NCBI GenBank assembly: GCA_048940445.1
Contig: JBHLON010000017.1
Location: 1,574-65,573 of the forward strand
DNA length: 64,000 bases
Source: Promethearchaeota archaeon
GTDB taxonomy: Archaea > Asgardarchaeota > Lokiarchaeia > Sigyniarchaeales > SOKP01
Direction: 5' to 3'
The notes under the pieces were generated by a model. It was not told where the DNA came from, ran no database searches, and saw nothing but the letters and a program-made list of their open reading frames with translations. A program made the position numbers and the translations under genes. Positions 19,418 through 27,499 of the stretch are shown here, piece by piece; position 1 is the stretch's first letter; every line of letters begins with the position of its first letter.

Positions 19418-19435
19418 TATTTACGTCCGTAAATA
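19418..19435. promoter_or_regulatory. palindromic operator-like site TATTTACG-TC-CGTAAATA
   Basis: Perfect 8-nt inverted arms. The core TTTACGTCCGTAAA is repeated 87 bp downstream. Lies upstream of the corrinoid cassette. Confidence 0.35.
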
Positions 19436-19505
19436 ACTAATAACTTTTAAAAATTATGATGAGTTTATAACTATCTAAGAATTTTATTTACTGATATAGA
19501 ATGAT

Positions 19506-19521
19506 TTTTACGTCCGTAAAA
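19506..19521. promoter_or_regulatory. second palindromic site TTTTACG-TC-CGTAAAA
   Basis: Same core as 19420-19433. Lies 62 bp upstream of the ATG at 19584. Confidence 0.35.
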
Positions 19522-19583
19522 TCTAATTTTATTTTAATAAATAAAAAGGTATTTAAATAAAAAAGAAGAATAGTGAGAAGTTA

Positions 19584-20369
19584 ATGTCGCAGAAATTAAT
19601 ACCTGAAGTAGAGAAAGAGTGGTCTAAAATATCTTTTAAGTGGCGAAGACTATTACCAAAGAAGAAAGACAGACCACCTTCTCCGATACAGTTTGAGGCT
19701 AATGATAAAATCTTTCAGGAACTTATCAAGCGATCTAATAATATCATAGATGAAATAATAGCAAAATCAAAAATTGTTGCTAAAGGTCATGCTAAATTAA
19801 TAACGACTGATAAAATCGTAATAGATCCCCGTGTAAGATGGAAATGTCGAATTCCCGTGTGTTTTGGTTATGGAACCAGTATTAATTGTCCTCCGCATTC
19901 TCCAACTACTGAAGAGATGAAAGAAATTGTTAATAGTTATAAATATGCAATTTTAGTTTCGTTTTACCCACCAATTAAGAACCATATTTTTCCAAGCATT
20001 CTTTTAGGAGTTCAAGGAGATGTAAACTTATTAAATCAAATGGTTTCAATGATCGAAACTGAGGCAACATATTTAGGATATTATCTTGCCATGGGGTTTA
20101 AAGGTGGACCATGTGTTGGTTGTGGACTTTTTTCTCCAGAATACTTTAAAGAATTGATGCAACAAAAAAAAATACCTCCTTGTCCAGTACTTGACAATCA
20201 AATGTGCCGACAATATTTAAGGGCTCGACCAGCATTGGAAGCTTGTGGAGTAGATAGTTTTGCAACAGCGGTAAATTGTGATGAAAAAGCGCCTTACGTA
20301 ATTAATCCTGAACATCCAAAGGAATCCATTCCTTATGTTGTTTGGCATGGCATTGTATTTATAATTTAA
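19584..20369 (+). CDS. DUF2284-like Cys-rich metal-binding protein
   Basis: 261 aa. 'RWKCRIPVCFGYGTSINCPPHSP' and 'GGPCVGCG' resemble the DUF2284 family, which is often linked to corrinoid systems. Confidence 0.5.
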   Translation: MSQKLIPEVEKEWSKISFKWRRLLPKKKDRPPSPIQFEANDKIFQELIKRSNNIIDEIIAKSKIVAKGHAKLITTDKIVIDPRVRWKCRIPVCFGYGTSINCPPHSPTTEEMKEIVNSYKYAILVSFYPPIKNHIFPSILLGVQGDVNLLNQMVSMIETEATYLGYYLAMGFKGGPCVGCGLFSPEYFKELMQQKKIPPCPVLDNQMCRQYLRARPALEACGVDSFATAVNCDEKAPYVINPEHPKESIPYVVWHGIVFII

Positions 20370-20408
20370 TAAGATTGATAATTAAGAAAAGTCGAGGAAA
20401 TTTAATTA

Positions 20409-21071
20409 ATGGAAGACGCGAGTCTAGAAAATAGAAAAAGTTCCAAGGATCATTCTCATTACATTAATAGCATCATTGAAGCAGTTAATTCGCTTGATTT
20501 TTATTCGATGAAAGAATCAATAAAACAAGCAATAGATGCAGAAGTACCAGTAATCAATATAGTAAAGAAAGGAATTTTAGAAGGATTGAAAGAATCGGGA
20601 GAGATGGGACTCATTCTAGCTGCAGAAGCTCTTGAAGGCGAAATCCTATGTGTAGATGAGCAAAGGAGAATTAGTTTAGCTGAGACTCGGAATTACTCGG
20701 GAAAGGTAGTTATTGGTACTATTGAAGGTGATATTCATAGTTTGGGAAAAAATATAACAATTGCTTTAATGAAATCATATGGTATGGATATTTTAGACCT
20801 TGGAACAGATGTTAAACCTGAAAGATTTAAAGAAGCAGCTCGGATGCCTGATGTTAAGGTTATTGGTATATCCTTTCTACTTACTTCAGCAGAACCTGCA
20901 ATAAAAAAAGCGTTATCCTTGTTAAAAACTGGAGATATAGCAACAAAGGTTAAAGTAATCTTGGGAGGTGCTGCAGTATCACCTGAAATTGCAGAAGAGA
21001 CAAATGCAGATGCGTATGCTAAAGATGCTTTACAAGGTGTTGATATTATTGATAAATGGTTAAGGAATTAG
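20409..21071 (+). CDS. cobalamin (B12)-binding corrinoid protein, MtaC/MtbC-like
   Basis: 'GTIEGDIHSLGKNI' (DxHxxG), 'ISFLLTS' (SxL) and 'ILGGAA' (GG), plus an N-terminal helical cap. Confidence 0.85.
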   Translation: MEDASLENRKSSKDHSHYINSIIEAVNSLDFYSMKESIKQAIDAEVPVINIVKKGILEGLKESGEMGLILAAEALEGEILCVDEQRRISLAETRNYSGKVVIGTIEGDIHSLGKNITIALMKSYGMDILDLGTDVKPERFKEAARMPDVKVIGISFLLTSAEPAIKKALSLLKTGDIATKVKVILGGAAVSPEIAEETNADAYAKDALQGVDIIDKWLRN

Positions 21072-21136
21072 TATAATTTAATGGATCCTTAAATTTTCTT
21101 TACTTTAATAAATTATGGTATATAAGGTGCTTTTTT

Positions 21137-23143
21137 ATGAAGAATCAGAGAGTCACACTTATCTTAGAACCCATATCTAAACGAATCGGGGTAATGAAAG
21201 AATCTACAGTATATGAATCACTTTTAGCATTAAATTTCCCAATGAGTGCTTTATGTGCGGGAAATGGAACGTGCGGAAAATGTAAAATTAAAATATTAGA
21301 TCCTGATGCAAATGTTTCAGAACCTTCAGAGAAAGAAAAAAAGATTTTGGGCATCCAAAATATAGTAGAAGGTTTTAGGCTAGCTTGTCAAGCTAAAATT
21401 TTTGGAGATTTAAGAGTATATTTAACTGACTCGTTAATTTCAAGGGGAACAAGGATTTTAGTAGACTCTGGATTAGAATTTCTTGGAATAAAATATAATG
21501 ATAAGGTTAATCCAGCAATAACTTCACAGATGTGCGAGATAACCTCTGTTAATCTGTCAAATCCCAGAAATGATTTATCTGGTTTATTTGAAGCGATAAT
21601 AGAATCTAATAATAATTTTAATATTAAGGAAAATCACTCTAATTTCTTTGTTGATGATACTCTTTATTTAGTTGCAAAAAAATTACCACACATTATGAGA
21701 GAAAAAAATGGACTTCTTACTGCTTATTTTAGAAGGCCTTCATTGAAGGATCAGTGGACTCTCTACGATATTGATGCTGGAGATAAATCAAATGAGATCT
21801 ATGGATTAGCAGTTGATATAGGAACTACAACGTTAGTCGGATACTTGATTCATTTAAAAACAGGAGAGACTGCTTCGATTTCTGCAATAGTAAATCCTCA
21901 AGTGGCTATTGGGGAGGATTTAATTTCACGAATCACATATATTGTAAAAAACGATGCGCTTCACAAAGCTAAAGAATTGATAGTTGATGCTATCAGTGAT
22001 ATCATTGAGGATTGTTGTACTAAAGCAAATATTTCTGTATCAAGTGTTAAAGATATTTCAATTGTGGGTAACACCGGAATGCATCATATTTTTTTTGGAA
22101 TTACTCCCCAATTTTTATCTATATCACCTTTTGTTCCAGCATTTAAAGCCCCAATCAATTTAACGGCTGAAAAGCAAGGATTAAGGTGTAATCCCACTGT
22201 AAATGTATATTCACCTCCTGTTATTGCTGGTTATGTAGGAACAGATACCATTGGATGTATAATCTCGTCTAAAATCTATTCTTATGATACGTATTCTCTA
22301 TTAATTGACATAGGAACCAACGGTGAACTTGTTTTGGGAAATAATAAAGGATTGGTGACAGGCTCTTGCGCAGCAGGGTCTGCATTGGAGGGCGCTCACA
22401 TATTACATGGTATGCGAGCTTCTGAAGGTGCAATAGAATCAGTTAGTATAGATAAAGACACCTTAGAGCCTTCAATTAAAGTAATAGGAGAGATCATTCC
22501 ACTTGGAATATGCGGTTCTGGGTTAATTGATACTATAGCCGAAATGCTGAGATTAAATATTATCACGCGTGCAGGAAAATTTAACATTAAATCAGAAAAA
22601 ATAATTAAAAATCGTCGTATTGTAAAAAAAGAAGATGGATACCACTATCTTCTATATAAGCCAGAATGGGATATTGAACAATTTCAAATGAATAATAATG
22701 AGAATAATATTAAAGAAATTACGATTTGTCAAAAAGATATAAATCAAGTTCAATTAGCAAAAGGTGCATTTTTATGCGCGGCTAATTTATTGCTTGAAAT
22801 GGAAAACAAGGAAAAAAGATCTCTTGAACAAATACTTTTAGCAGGGGCCTTTGGAACTTATATCAATAAAAAAAACGCTGCCTTTATAGGTTTATTTCCC
22901 GAGGTAGAGCAAAATAATATTTTTCAGATTGGAAATGCTGCTGGAATAGGAGCACAATTATTCATAAGGGATGTTGAACAAAGAACTTTAGCGAATGAAA
23001 TTGCTCACAGAGTAAGATATAGAGAGATAGCGTCAACACCTTCCTTTCAAAAGGAATATACCTTTTCTCTTTATTTTCCCCATTATAATCTTGATCAATT
23101 TCCTTTAATAAAACCAGAATACGATAAAATTCCTTTAGTATAG
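21137..23143 (+). CDS. reductive activator of corrinoid proteins (RACo-like): [2Fe-2S] ferredoxin + ASKHA ATPase (DUF4445)
   Basis: N-terminal 'CAGNGTCGKCKIKI...LACQ' plant-type ferredoxin. ASKHA phosphate motifs 'GLAVDIGTTTLVG' and 'LLIDIGTNGE'. Confidence 0.8.
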   Translation: MKNQRVTLILEPISKRIGVMKESTVYESLLALNFPMSALCAGNGTCGKCKIKILDPDANVSEPSEKEKKILGIQNIVEGFRLACQAKIFGDLRVYLTDSLISRGTRILVDSGLEFLGIKYNDKVNPAITSQMCEITSVNLSNPRNDLSGLFEAIIESNNNFNIKENHSNFFVDDTLYLVAKKLPHIMREKNGLLTAYFRRPSLKDQWTLYDIDAGDKSNEIYGLAVDIGTTTLVGYLIHLKTGETASISAIVNPQVAIGEDLISRITYIVKNDALHKAKELIVDAISDIIEDCCTKANISVSSVKDISIVGNTGMHHIFFGITPQFLSISPFVPAFKAPINLTAEKQGLRCNPTVNVYSPPVIAGYVGTDTIGCIISSKIYSYDTYSLLIDIGTNGELVLGNNKGLVTGSCAAGSALEGAHILHGMRASEGAIESVSIDKDTLEPSIKVIGEIIPLGICGSGLIDTIAEMLRLNIITRAGKFNIKSEKIIKNRRIVKKEDGYHYLLYKPEWDIEQFQMNNNENNIKEITICQKDINQVQLAKGAFLCAANLLLEMENKEKRSLEQILLAGAFGTYINKKNAAFIGLFPEVEQNNIFQIGNAAGIGAQLFIRDVEQRTLANEIAHRVRYREIASTPSFQKEYTFSLYFPHYNLDQFPLIKPEYDKIPLV

Positions 23144-23226
23144 AAAAATTAAATAATTATAAGATTTATTTTTACGTAAGGAATTACTTCTTTACATCAG
23201 TAAAATATTTTTAATAGTATCTCAAA

Positions 23227-25029
23227 ATGAAAATTGCAAAAAGTAAAATTTCAGAGAAAACATCTGGTAACCCTAAATATTCTACTTTTTGGGCTTATAT
23301 ACCAACTTCTATAGTTAAAGACAACGCCTTTCCTTTTAGAGATAAAGAAGAGGTATTGATAGAATTAAAAGGTGAGCGGTTGGAAATTCGAAAGATCTAT
23401 AATTTAAGCGATCTCACTAAAACATATGATATCAAAGCAGCTACATTACCCCAACTTCTAGAAAGTAAAGCATTAGTGAATAAAGACATGCCCTTTATTT
23501 ACTTTCGTGATAAGGTTTATTCTTATTCAGATGCAAATATAATTTCAAATCAAATAGCGAATGGTCTTATAAAGCAAATTAAAAAACTAAAATTAAAAAA
23601 TCCCAATGTTTCTATACTGTTTCCTAATTGTCCAGAAATGCTATTTTGCTGGTTTGCCATAGCAAAAACAGGTAGTGTATTTGTCCCATTAAGTTATTTG
23701 TTAAAGGGAAATTTATTAGATTATGTATTGAGAAACAGTAATTCTGAAATATTGATTATAGATTATAATTATCTTCCTAATTTTAAAGAAATTAATGTAG
23801 TTTTTCCAAAAATTAGGAAAATATTTGTTCATAACGCTCCAAACGACTTTAACTACAACGGTAAGTATGCCAACTTTTCAGAACTTTTATCTGTAGATAT
23901 AGAGAATCCAGAAATTCGAGTCAATAATTTTGATCCTCTTGAAATAGCATACACATCAGGCACAACAGGAAAACCTAAAGGTGTGGTATATAGAAATTAT
24001 TATATATTATCAGGAATTAGTGTAGGGAAACAATTGGAAAGTTTAGGTTTTGGCGAAACCTTAAATAAATTTTATTGTCCATTACCACTATTTCAAGGGT
24101 TAGAACGTTTTTTCTTGATAATACCTATTATGTTTTATAATGGTTCGATTGTCATTGCAGAAAACTTTAATGTTTCAACTTTTTGGAGTGATGTAAAAAA
24201 ATATCAACCTGATGGCTTTTGTTATTATGGTGCTCAATTAACAACATTAGTAAATCAACCGCCATCAAAATTGGATAGAAATCATTCAATAAAATTCGCA
24301 ATTGGTGCTGGAGCTTTAAAGAAGATATGGGAATCGTTTGAAAGAAGATTTGGGATACAATTAATCGAAATGTGGTCTCTTGTTGAGGGTATTGGGTTTA
24401 CTATAAATAATGTTGGTTCTAAAGGAGGAAAACTCGGTTCTATTGGAATACCTGCTCGTGGTGTCGAAATAAAAATCGTTGATTCAGATGGACAAGAGCT
24501 TCCTCCTGGAAGAGACCATATCGGTGAGATTTGTGCAAGAACAAGACTTCCATTTGAACTTGAATATTATAATCTACAAGAGGAGTCAATAACAAGAAAA
24601 GGAGAAGACCGATGGGTTTATACAGGGGATTTTGGTTATATGGACCATCAAAATTACTTATATTACTTAGGAAGGAAATCTGATATGATACGCCGAGGAA
24701 AAGAAACATTTTTTGCAATTGATGTCGAAATAGTAGCGAATTCACATCCACTTATAATTGAAAGCGCCGTTTTTGAAACCTCTGGTGAAGACTCCCAAGA
24801 TAACGACTTAAAAATATGTGCTGTGACTCGCAAAGGGGCTTTAATTACTCATAAGGAGTTTTATAATTATTTACAACAAAATTTAGCCTATTTTATGGTT
24901 CCAAGATACATAGAATTTAAAAAAGACTTACCAAAAAATGCAAATGAATTAATCCAGAAATTCATTCTTATTAACGAATGGCAATCAGGTAAATCATTAA
25001 AAAACACGTATGACATGTTAAAAGACTAA
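23227..25029 (+). CDS. AMP-forming acyl-CoA synthetase/ligase with N-terminal AbrB/SpoVT-like extension
   Basis: 'YTSGTTGKPKGV' AMP-binding motif and 'YTGDFGYMD'. The first ~58 aa ('AYIPTSIVKDNAFPFRDKEEVLIELKGERLEIRK') look like a swapped-hairpin AbrB domain. Confidence 0.8.
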   Translation: MKIAKSKISEKTSGNPKYSTFWAYIPTSIVKDNAFPFRDKEEVLIELKGERLEIRKIYNLSDLTKTYDIKAATLPQLLESKALVNKDMPFIYFRDKVYSYSDANIISNQIANGLIKQIKKLKLKNPNVSILFPNCPEMLFCWFAIAKTGSVFVPLSYLLKGNLLDYVLRNSNSEILIIDYNYLPNFKEINVVFPKIRKIFVHNAPNDFNYNGKYANFSELLSVDIENPEIRVNNFDPLEIAYTSGTTGKPKGVVYRNYYILSGISVGKQLESLGFGETLNKFYCPLPLFQGLERFFLIIPIMFYNGSIVIAENFNVSTFWSDVKKYQPDGFCYYGAQLTTLVNQPPSKLDRNHSIKFAIGAGALKKIWESFERRFGIQLIEMWSLVEGIGFTINNVGSKGGKLGSIGIPARGVEIKIVDSDGQELPPGRDHIGEICARTRLPFELEYYNLQEESITRKGEDRWVYTGDFGYMDHQNYLYYLGRKSDMIRRGKETFFAIDVEIVANSHPLIIESAVFETSGEDSQDNDLKICAVTRKGALITHKEFYNYLQQNLAYFMVPRYIEFKKDLPKNANELIQKFILINEWQSGKSLKNTYDMLKD

Positions 25030-25100
25030 ATTAATTCCACACTCAAATTTTTGTTTACGATTTAAAACAAATTAATATAAGAAGTTTACATATAAATACG

Positions 25101-25218
25101 TTGAATCTATATATTAAGAAATAATTCATCAAAATATAACCAGGTCTTATAAGTGTATGTACTGGATGGATTAGAAATTTTACAAGGTAGTTTGACCTTA
25201 GCGTTCGCATTAATTTCT
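25101..25218 (+). repeat. right copy of the ~115-bp direct repeat (functional promoter + 5' end of the 25153 gene)
   Basis: See 19215-19330. The offset between copies is 5886-5888 bp. Confidence 0.6.
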
Positions 25219-25905
25219 TTTATCTTAGGTATCCTAATATTGCAAAAATACTTTAAGTTGCGAGATAAAAATTTGCTTTATATTGGAATCACATGGATAT
25301 TTCTAATTTCTCCATGGTGGCCTGATGCAATTTCTTTCCTATTACTAATCTTTTCAGGAGGAATAATTAATTTGCCTGACCCGATTTACTTTTTTATAGC
25401 AAATGCATTGATAGCCCCCATTTTTTATACATGGGCAAAAGCTTTTACAAACTTAGTAATTTCTAAGAATAAAAAGCTAAAAGTGGTGATTGTAGTAGGT
25501 TTAACAGCGTGGGCAGTCATTTTCGAGATATTCTTCTTGATCTTCTACTTTATGGATTACAATTTGATTGGGATTCGTCAAGCAGTATTTTATGTAGAAT
25601 GGATTGACTTTATTGATATTAATTTATTACTTGCTTCCGTCTTTTTCACTATAACAGGTTTAATTTTTAGTGGAAAAGCGTTAAGATCAGATAGCCCAGA
25701 GATTAAACTAAAGGGTGTATTTCTTTTGATAGCATTTATAACATTTACAATTGGCGCAGTGTTTGATGTGTTATTTGTAGGTCAATATAATGAAGTCACA
25801 TTGATTATCGCAAGAACCTTCGTAATTATAGCTGCCTTTTCATTTTATATCGGCTTTATCCTCCCAAAATTCATAAAAAAAATGATCTTAAAATCAGTTA
25901 ATTAA
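25153..25905 (+). CDS. polytopic (about 7 TM) membrane protein (hypothetical)
   Basis: GTG start, 250 aa, hydrophobic throughout. Confidence 0.55.
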   Translation: MYVLDGLEILQGSLTLAFALISFILGILILQKYFKLRDKNLLYIGITWIFLISPWWPDAISFLLLIFSGGIINLPDPIYFFIANALIAPIFYTWAKAFTNLVISKNKKLKVVIVVGLTAWAVIFEIFFLIFYFMDYNLIGIRQAVFYVEWIDFIDINLLLASVFFTITGLIFSGKALRSDSPEIKLKGVFLLIAFITFTIGAVFDVLFVGQYNEVTLIIARTFVIIAAFSFYIGFILPKFIKKMILKSVN

Positions 25906-25933
25906 TGCCTATTTCTTAAAAAAAAACTTTTTT

Positions 25934-26305
25934 TTAGTATACTAAACGTCCCAATAATAGAATAATTAATATATACACAACTAAAGGGACTAGAGTTCCT
26001 ATAGTAGTCCCAATAGGAATTATCCATATTAATTCAATTACTTTATAATTCAAAATACCCCATATTGTTGAAATTGTAGCACCCAATACACCTCCAATGA
26101 TAGAAAGAATAGCTAAAATCCTTAAACGTTCAGATCTTATTTCCTTTCTTCCACTAATAGTATCAATGATAAGTTCTGAACCACATGATGGACAAAAATC
26201 TTGTCTTTCATGAGAATAAAGAACTTTTTTCCCACAATTAGGACATTTTATTCTTTCATAAGAAACCCCATCAATCTTAATAGTCATCCTAAATAAAGTT
26301 TTCAT
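25934..26305 (-). CDS. zinc-ribbon membrane protein (hypothetical)
   Basis: 'CPNCGK...CPSCG' followed by two or three TM helices. Confidence 0.5.
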   Translation of the reverse strand: MKTLFRMTIKIDGVSYERIKCPNCGKKVLYSHERQDFCPSCGSELIIDTISGRKEIRSERLRILAILSIIGGVLGATISTIWGILNYKVIELIWIIPIGTTIGTLVPLVVYILIILLLGRLVY

Positions 26306-27093
26306 TTAATGGTATTAAAATATTTTCTTCTCACAATTTTTACTTCTTGAAGGAGATGAATATCAAAGTTTTCCTCGGAAGGTAATACTTTACTTGATAT
26401 TTCAAAAAATAAAAGTCTTTTATCCTTAATCTGACTTAATTAATGTTCCCTCTACAATTAATCGAATGATATCTCCTTTAGAATTAATGTATCTTTTTTA
26501 CATTGATCATAACTTATTAATCAAAAACAAAAATTTAAGTGGGGAATTTAATATGGGAATGTAACTTTTTAATTCAAAAATTCTTTAATCTTCAATCTAT
26601 CATAGCGAATATAATATGTACTATGAAATTTTCAATATGCATAATCGAAATGTTTTTAGTCTAATAAAATCGTTTCAACTTTTTCGATTAGTTACCCACT
26701 AAGTGATCAGATATCAAATGACATGATACTTATCATGGATTATTTTTTTTAACTGATTATTTTTTAATCTTCCATTGAATGATATTGAAATCAAGATATA
26801 AGATGTATTATTCGGTTTTATTATTTGAATAATGGTGATACTAACAAATTTAATTCATTTCCGATGATTGATCAGCTTCTGACATATCATAGATGGTGAT
26901 GGTTAAATCAAAACAAAAATTTTTTGTCGTGATGTTTTATGCATTTATTTTCCCATCCTTTTCTCATTACTACATAACATTTAAATAACTCTTCAGATAT
27001 ATTATTATCTAAGATACTCTAAATATAACTTCAAAAAAAATTAAAAATTAAAAAGATAAAAAAAATTTCATAAAAAAGTGGAGGAATAAAATT

Positions 27094-27312
27094 ATGGCAA
27101 AAAAGAAACACTCATTCGCTTGGAGCCCAATCAGAAGATTAATGAAGCAACAAGGTGCTAGCATTGTAGCAAGAAATGCAGTTGATTTATTGATTGATCA
27201 TCTTGAAAAAAGTGCAACTGCTTTAACTGATAAAGCAAGACAATTCACAATGCATGCTAACAGGAAGAAGATAACGAAGAATGACTTACTCCTAGCGATT
27301 AAATACAAGTAA
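27094..27312 (+). CDS. archaeal histone (HMf-like histone fold)
   Basis: 72 aa. 'SPIRRLMKQQGASIVARNAVDLLIDHLEKSATALTDKARQFTMHANRKKITKNDLLLAI' aligns by eye with HMfB. GTGGAGG Shine-Dalgarno at 27078-27084. Confidence 0.85.
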   Translation: MAKKKHSFAWSPIRRLMKQQGASIVARNAVDLLIDHLEKSATALTDKARQFTMHANRKKITKNDLLLAIKYK

Positions 27313-27354
27313 GTAGTTTTGACCAATTGGGTTCCAAAAAGATAAAATATTCAC

Positions 27355-27362
27355 TTTTTTTT
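27355..27362 (+). terminator. oligo-T tract (T8), candidate archaeal terminator for the histone gene
   Basis: T8 run 43 nt after the stop codon. Confidence 0.3.
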
Positions 27363-27499
27363 CCTTTCTATTTATAAATTATTTTAGTTCAAGAGTATTT
27401 TAGTTAATTCCTTATCTTATTTAGCTAGATGAAACTAGGAATCAAAATAAGATTCGAAGCACTAATAATAAGTTTTTCAATAATAAAAATTAAAAAAAA

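Noticed and set aside
19455-19495. Possible C/D-box sRNA (AUGAUGA at ~19456 and CUGA at ~19491) in the cassette leader.
   Set aside because: Only ~28 nt separate the putative C and D boxes, which is too short for D'/C' boxes and two guides. There is no terminal stem.
26306-27093. Replication origin in the long AT-rich spacer.
   Set aside because: There is no adjacent orc1/cdc6 gene and no recognisable ORB/mini-ORB repeats. I saw only short unrelated palindromes.
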